Shown in pieces: positions 61,557 to 64,000 of a stretch of DNA of 64,000 nt. Under the pieces are notes generated by a model. That model had not been told where the DNA came from. It worked only from the letters and a program-made list of their open reading frames with translations, and searched no databases. This DNA is from a virus. The translations under genes were made by a program, and so were the position numbers. Position 1 is the first letter of the stretch, and every line of letters starts with the position of its first letter. The stretch is from positions 1-64,000 of the IMG/VR virus record IMGVR_UViG_3300046167_000744; one strand, given 5' to 3'.

Positions 61557-61736
61557 CTAGTGTTGAGGTAGTAGCCGCTTCTCCACCTTAACGATGTAGG
61601 TATCATCACTAAAGTAGGCAGCATGTGTGTCTGCATCCACCTTATTAGCGAAGATACGGGCAGACGCAGTGTATTGATTGCCGTCCTTGATGGGTGTTAG
61701 CACCGTAACCAAGTAAAACGCTTTATTCTTCTTCAT
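61557..61736 (-). CDS. Hypothetical protein
   Basis: Fills the minus-strand operon; likely start MKKNKAF. Confidence 0.5.
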   Translation of the reverse strand: MKKNKAFYLVTVLTPIKDGNQYTASARIFANKVDADTHAAYFSDDTYIVKVEKRLLPQH

Positions 61737-62025
61737 CGTAGTCCAAGATAGATAGCCCGTCTTCACGGATATCAGGTCGGATCCCTGCGTCGATGTAGTC
61801 TATACCACGAACCACGTTGTAGCTGATCCACTCAATGGCTGTCTCGTGTTCAAACCCATGATCGTCCAGGCTCTTCATATCTTCGCACTCGTGGAAGTGC
61901 ATCACTAGCTTATTATAATCATAGATGATACGCCCGTCTTCAACAGCTACGACCGCACAGCCACAACCGTCTATCTGAACAGACTCATCTTCATAGGTGT
62001 ATTCTTTTGGTAACTCACAGCTCAT
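61723..62025 (-). CDS. Hypothetical protein
   Basis: IIYDYNKLV...AIEWISYNV, a pattern common in phage small proteins. Confidence 0.7.
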   Translation of the reverse strand: MSCELPKEYTYEDESVQIDGCGCAVVAVEDGRIIYDYNKLVMHFHECEDMKSLDDHGFEHETAIEWISYNVVRGIDYIDAGIRPDIREDGLSILDYDEEE

Positions 62026-62908
62026 CGTCTAAAGCTCCAAATATAGTGTCCCACCAGGGCGCTATATCATATTTACGTTCGTTAACATGGTGATGCCCGA
62101 AGATAGTGAAGTCACTAGTATCTTTATAGACCTCATGATCGTCAGGGCAAACGAAATCCCAGCCTAGAGCCTCAAATAGATCCTCGATAAAGGCGTTGGT
62201 AGCGTCAGCTATGCGAGGGTCTACTGTTACGAGCGCTTTAGGGCCTCTACCAGTAGTGTTATCTAGCTTCTCTACGTTGTAGCCGTTCGTATCATAGTGT
62301 TCCTTCCACTGACGTAGAGGAGACTGACAAACATCAACACCGATAGAGTGATCGTTGACCCAACCGCCATGCCATGCATTTAGGCCCATATCTAAGACCT
62401 GGTAGACGACAGGTTTACCATCTACTAGCCCGATAAGGAAGTGACTCGATACTTGGCGAGCGGTGCTGGCGAATACATTGAAGCAGTGCTTAGGGTTGAG
62501 ACCGCCCCAATGCATGCAGACAGCACGAGGTAGGGTAGATCTGCGGCTAAAGTTACCGAACTTATGTAGGTCCAAGCCTGTAGGCTCATCAAAGGTGATC
62601 AGCTCATATAGATCAGACTTAGGTAGGTGGATACGGCAGCCGTTCTGAACAATATACTCTTCAGTGATAGGCTGATACTTGCTAAGGATAGCTTTGTAGG
62701 TTTGATTACCTAGCTTCCCGTCGCATTCCCACTCATCAAAACCCAACTCTCGCTGAACCTTGACAACCTCCCAGGCAAACGCCTCGGAGTGTGAAGGAGA
62801 GGCTAGTAGTGGTAACTGGTCTAGCACCGCTTGAGGGAAGGCGTGGTTAGCTCGCTTATTATATTTGCAAGCCTTACCTAGATTAAACTTATCAACAACT
62901 TCAGACAT
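62015..62908 (-). CDS. N-acetylmuramoyl-L-alanine amidase (endolysin) with PG-binding segment
   Basis: DGKLGNQT; VCMHW, VSSHFLI, AWHGG..NDHSIGVD, IFGH...KYD. Confidence 0.85.
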   Translation of the reverse strand: MSEVVDKFNLGKACKYNKRANHAFPQAVLDQLPLLASPSHSEAFAWEVVKVQRELGFDEWECDGKLGNQTYKAILSKYQPITEEYIVQNGCRIHLPKSDLYELITFDEPTGLDLHKFGNFSRRSTLPRAVCMHWGGLNPKHCFNVFASTARQVSSHFLIGLVDGKPVVYQVLDMGLNAWHGGWVNDHSIGVDVCQSPLRQWKEHYDTNGYNVEKLDNTTGRGPKALVTVDPRIADATNAFIEDLFEALGWDFVCPDDHEVYKDTSDFTIFGHHHVNERKYDIAPWWDTIFGALDDEL

Positions 62909-63493
62909 TTAGGCCTCCTCGTGTTTGATCTTCCCATCCTCATCAGGTTGGGCGCTGTAGTCACGCTCGTGAAGAAGCCTTAACTTCTCAGCGAGGCACT
63001 GTGCAGGATCGAGGTTGAGTAAAGCAGAGAGGTGAAAGGCTAGCACGAATATGTCAGCGAGTTCGTTACCCACGTCCATACGAGTTTTAATCGTATCATT
63101 CTCTGAGTAAGCGGTAGCAGCCTCAGTGAGTTCCTGGACCTCTTCTTTTAAGTGGTTCAGGACCCCGTTGACGGTAGCTCGATCATCGAGTTGCTGCTGC
63201 CAGTGCCAGATAGCGAGCGCAGCGTCGTCGAGTGGGAGCGCAGCAGGTGTGATAAAGGCAACCTCATCGCACTTCTCTTGGATATCTTCGCTTAGGCCCA
63301 TCTGAGAGAGTATGGTTGAGGAGTAGGCAGCGTGAATCTTGCTACCAACACGGACGATACCTTGCAGGGCTATATCAGCGGCCTCTGTAGCTAGTAGCTT
63401 ACCTTCGTTATTCTTCTCAGAGAGAATCATTTTAGATACGGATGAGCGAGCTTCAAGGCGAGCTTTGAGGTATTCTTCGACAGTAGAGATCAT
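62909..63493 (-). CDS. mazG: MazG-like nucleotide pyrophosphohydrolase
   Basis: HLKEEVQEL...ELADIFV...EKL. Confidence 0.85.
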   Translation of the reverse strand: MISTVEEYLKARLEARSSVSKMILSEKNNEGKLLATEAADIALQGIVRVGSKIHAAYSSTILSQMGLSEDIQEKCDEVAFITPAALPLDDAALAIWHWQQQLDDRATVNGVLNHLKEEVQELTEAATAYSENDTIKTRMDVGNELADIFVLAFHLSALLNLDPAQCLAEKLRLLHERDYSAQPDEDGKIKHEEA

Positions 63494-63533
63494 GTAGGAC
63501 TCCAGATTAGCAGGGTGTTAAATAACTATCCCT

Positions 63534-63770
63534 CTAACTATAGTCTACCGCCCTCTTATTTGCAAGCCTTTTGATAGATCGCAGCTCTTCATCAGATAAA
63601 TCTTGCTCCATGTCCATACCGAAGTCGGATATGCAGGCTATGATGGACCCGTCAGCGTCTAGCGTTATCGCTAACTCCTCGCCTGAGTGTCTTCGTAAGA
63701 TTAAGAACAGATGAACTAGCTCGACTACATAAGTATCTCCAAAGCTAACATCAATAGATGGGTGTGACAT
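63534..63770 (-). CDS. Hypothetical protein
   Basis: 78 aa with AGGAG RBS. Confidence 0.6.
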   Translation of the reverse strand: MSHPSIDVSFGDTYVVELVHLFLILRRHSGEELAITLDADGSIIACISDFGMDMEQDLSDEELRSIKRLANKRAVDYS

Positions 63771-63810
63771 AATAAGCTCCTATTGTCTATTTCCTAGATA
63801 GTAGCATATA

Positions 63811-64000
63811 TCATTTCATATCGTAGCTAAGATCGCACTGACCTCCAGGGCAAGCTACCTCCGCCATAGCCTCTGTATTGTCTTCAGCCTCATGAACACC
63901 ATCTAATTTGATGTTAGGTAGCTCTGATAGGGCGTAGTATAGATCCCTAGTTTCAATCTTAGCTTCGTAGTGAGGGTCCGACGGATCAGGATTGTCGTAA
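63811..64000 (-). CDS. C-terminus of a ribonucleotide reductase (partial, probably class II NrdJ type)
   Basis: Manual translation ends HEAEDNTEAMAEVACPGGQCDLSYDMK*, matching the EDNT...ACxGGxC redox tail. Confidence 0.75.
   Translation of the reverse strand, partial: YDNPDPSDPHYEAKIETRDLYYALSELPNIKLDGVHEAEDNTEAMAEVACPGGQCDLSYDMK

Noticed and set aside
1-64000. TAG stop-codon reassignment suggested by TAG abundance
   Set aside because: Long conserved genes are open in the standard code, the breaks are frame changes rather than in-frame TAGs, and several genes end cleanly at TAG.
1-64000. Prophage boundaries, IS elements, introns, inteins or DGR
   Set aside because: No integrase, transposase, reverse transcriptase, homing endonuclease or host genes recognised in this window.

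Overview
A 64-kb piece of a tailed dsDNA phage genome with a contractile tail (myovirus). No integrase, tRNA, rRNA or CRISPR array is visible. Left arm (1-10.5 kb, minus strand): family A DNA polymerase, KTSC protein, a class III nucleotide cyclase paired with a 2-TM protein, an SSB-like protein and a ~1,020-aa primase/VapE-helicase fusion. Middle (11-55.7 kb, plus strand): Fe-S PD-(D/E)XK nuclease, SF2 helicase, terminase, two very long repetitive fibre genes, lysis-like membrane genes, ThyX, dCMP deaminase, portal, protease, scaffold, SPO1/Twort-like major capsid, neck, sheath, tube, chaperones, tape measure and baseplate. Right arm: small genes, PhoH, amidase endolysin, MazG and the C-terminus of a ribonucleotide reductase. 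Several genes are split by single-base indels, probably long-read errors. The most striking unexplained structure is a ~400-bp non-coding element present three times (~10.5, ~31.1, ~56.8 kb). Each copy has an AT-rich core bounded by inverted TGCCAAAGTTA/TTTGGCA boxes at near-constant spacing (122-125 bp), IHF-consensus sites, TGCCA repeats and tandem ~40-bp CACTAGTG-palindrome repeats. It looks like a set of multiple replication origins or recombination hubs. All protein calls come from motifs recognised by eye; no database search was run.
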